A stretch of 64,000 bases of DNA. Origin: Verrucomicrobiota bacterium (lineage in GTDB: Bacteria > Verrucomicrobiota > Kiritimatiellia > RFP12 > UBA1067). Below, one piece after another: positions 63,412 to 64,000 of the stretch. The stretch is taken from positions 85,999 through 149,998 of the forward strand of contig JAHFSX010000008.1 of NCBI GenBank assembly GCA_023269675.1, in the 5' to 3' direction. Position numbers and translations under genes: made by a program. The first letter of the stretch is position 1. The number at the start of each line of letters is the position of its first letter. The notes beneath the pieces are model-generated. The model saw only the letters and a program-made list of their open reading frames with translations. It was not told where the DNA came from and searched no databases.

Positions 63412-64000
63412 CTATTCGGTCAGGGACCACTTGGCCCGCAAGTACTGCTCCACCGCTTCTTGCTCGTCAAACCGCAGGGCGCGGTCAAAGACCAGAACCT
63501 CGGCCACGTCCGCGGCTGTGGCCAGCAGGGTGATGTCGGCCAGGGCGGCCTCGCCGGTTCGCTGCACGCTGAAAACCTGCGCGGGATAGGGCCGGGGCTG
63601 CTTGCCCTCGGGGCGGAGAACCTCCCAGTTCGGCTCTTCCCACGACTTGTTTTCGCCGGTGAAGCATTTGATGATGCGACCCCACGTCGGACCGGACGCG
63701 TCCACCCCCTGCGACACGACCAGCGCCGTCACCGCGCCCGGTCCGCGCCTAAGGCCGCTGACCAGCAGGTTCGCGCGGCCGTCGGAGCGGACCACCGGTT
63801 TCCCCCGCAGGCCGTCGGCGACGACCTTCAGGGCTCCGTTCGTGTGAGTCGGCCTGGCAACGAGTGCAGATGAAGAGCGGTCACGCCACGCCAGCACGGT
63901 TCCGTCCGGAGCCCGGTCGAGGGTCGAAGGGGACTGGGCATCGAGCCACAGCACCAGGCCGGCTTGGATCATGGTCGCCGCGGCGATCGGCGGCTGGGGA
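63412..64000 (-). CDS. LamG/concanavalin-like domain protein, C-terminal part only (gene runs off the right edge)
   Basis: ORF 63412..63972 remains open to the window end; tail AEVLVFDRALRFDEQEAVEQYLRAKW matches the LamG tail signature seen in the 3290-7714 protein. Confidence 0.55.
   Translation of the reverse strand, partial: PQPPIAAATMIQAGLVLWLDAQSPSTLDRAPDGTVLAWRDRSSSALVARPTHTNGALKVVADGLRGKPVVRSDGRANLLVSGLRRGPGAVTALVVSQGVDASGPTWGRIIKCFTGENKSWEEPNWEVLRPEGKQPRPYPAQVFSVQRTGEAALADITLLATAADVAEVLVFDRALRFDEQEAVEQYLRAKWSLTE

Noticed and set aside
1-64000. tRNA, rRNA and other canonical RNA genes
   Set aside because: I scanned all intergenic gaps (the largest are 1633-1796, 21604-21795, 23170-23358, 26611-26812, 30751-31134, 34599-35123, 56559-56752, 58571-59000, 61348-61871). 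None shows a cloverleaf-compatible arrangement or a T-loop GTTCRANYC box. These regions are instead explained by the repeats and palindromes reported above.

Overview
This is a high-GC (~65%) window with 44 supportable protein-coding genes and no rRNA, tRNA or CRISPR array. The content is carbohydrate-active and cell-surface genes typical of the PVC superphylum (Verrucomicrobiota, Kiritimatiellota, Lentisphaerota, Planctomycetota). That taxonomic guess is inferred from the protein families present, not from a database search.

Positions 1-20.5 kb are entirely minus-strand. They hold three SGNH/GDSL hydrolases, a four-module LamG-repeat giant protein (1474 aa), a GH3 beta-glucosidase, a 1275-aa beta-helix adhesin-like giant, and a discoidin + heparinase-like + PA14 protein.

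Positions 20.5-34.6 kb hold an orphan OppF/DppF-type ABC ATPase, ugd, a large HExxH zinc metalloprotease, an FmdB zinc-ribbon protein followed by epmA, a GH5, two CDF cation transporters, and a HZS-alpha-like beta-propeller c-type cytochrome.

Positions 34.6-61.8 kb hold a FucP-like MFS permease and a PIN-PhoH, pgpA, ychJ, HAD housekeeping block. After that comes a dense glycosidase island: GH42-like, two DUF6259-like paralogs, two GH-A clan enzymes, a DUF4874/4832-like protein, an esterase, an (alpha/alpha)6 enzyme and a GH97. It ends with a Tat-signal Gfo/Idh/MocA oxidoreductase plus a sugar-phosphate isomerase pair. A third GH-A enzyme and a partial LamG protein follow at 61.9-64 kb.

I did not find a clearly novel protein-coding system. 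The unexplained signal is non-coding:
- A MITE-like element of about 266-323 bp with hairpin terminal inverted repeats (TIRs) sits in two inverted copies 26.5 kb apart, each just upstream of a sugar-catabolism gene start.
- A REP/BIME-like repeat family with core GCCGGC-N4-GCCGGTACAACATRCG occurs at three loci, one of them as 3 x 70-bp tandem units.
- A 204-bp AT-rich nested-palindrome element lies between two convergent genes, and its 13-bp perfect terminal repeats contain both stop codons.
- AGGAGTTAGGA-type and GATTAAG-type repeat arrays sit in promoter regions.

Most long plus-strand ORFs in the supplied track are shadow ORFs lying opposite real genes, an artefact of the high GC content.
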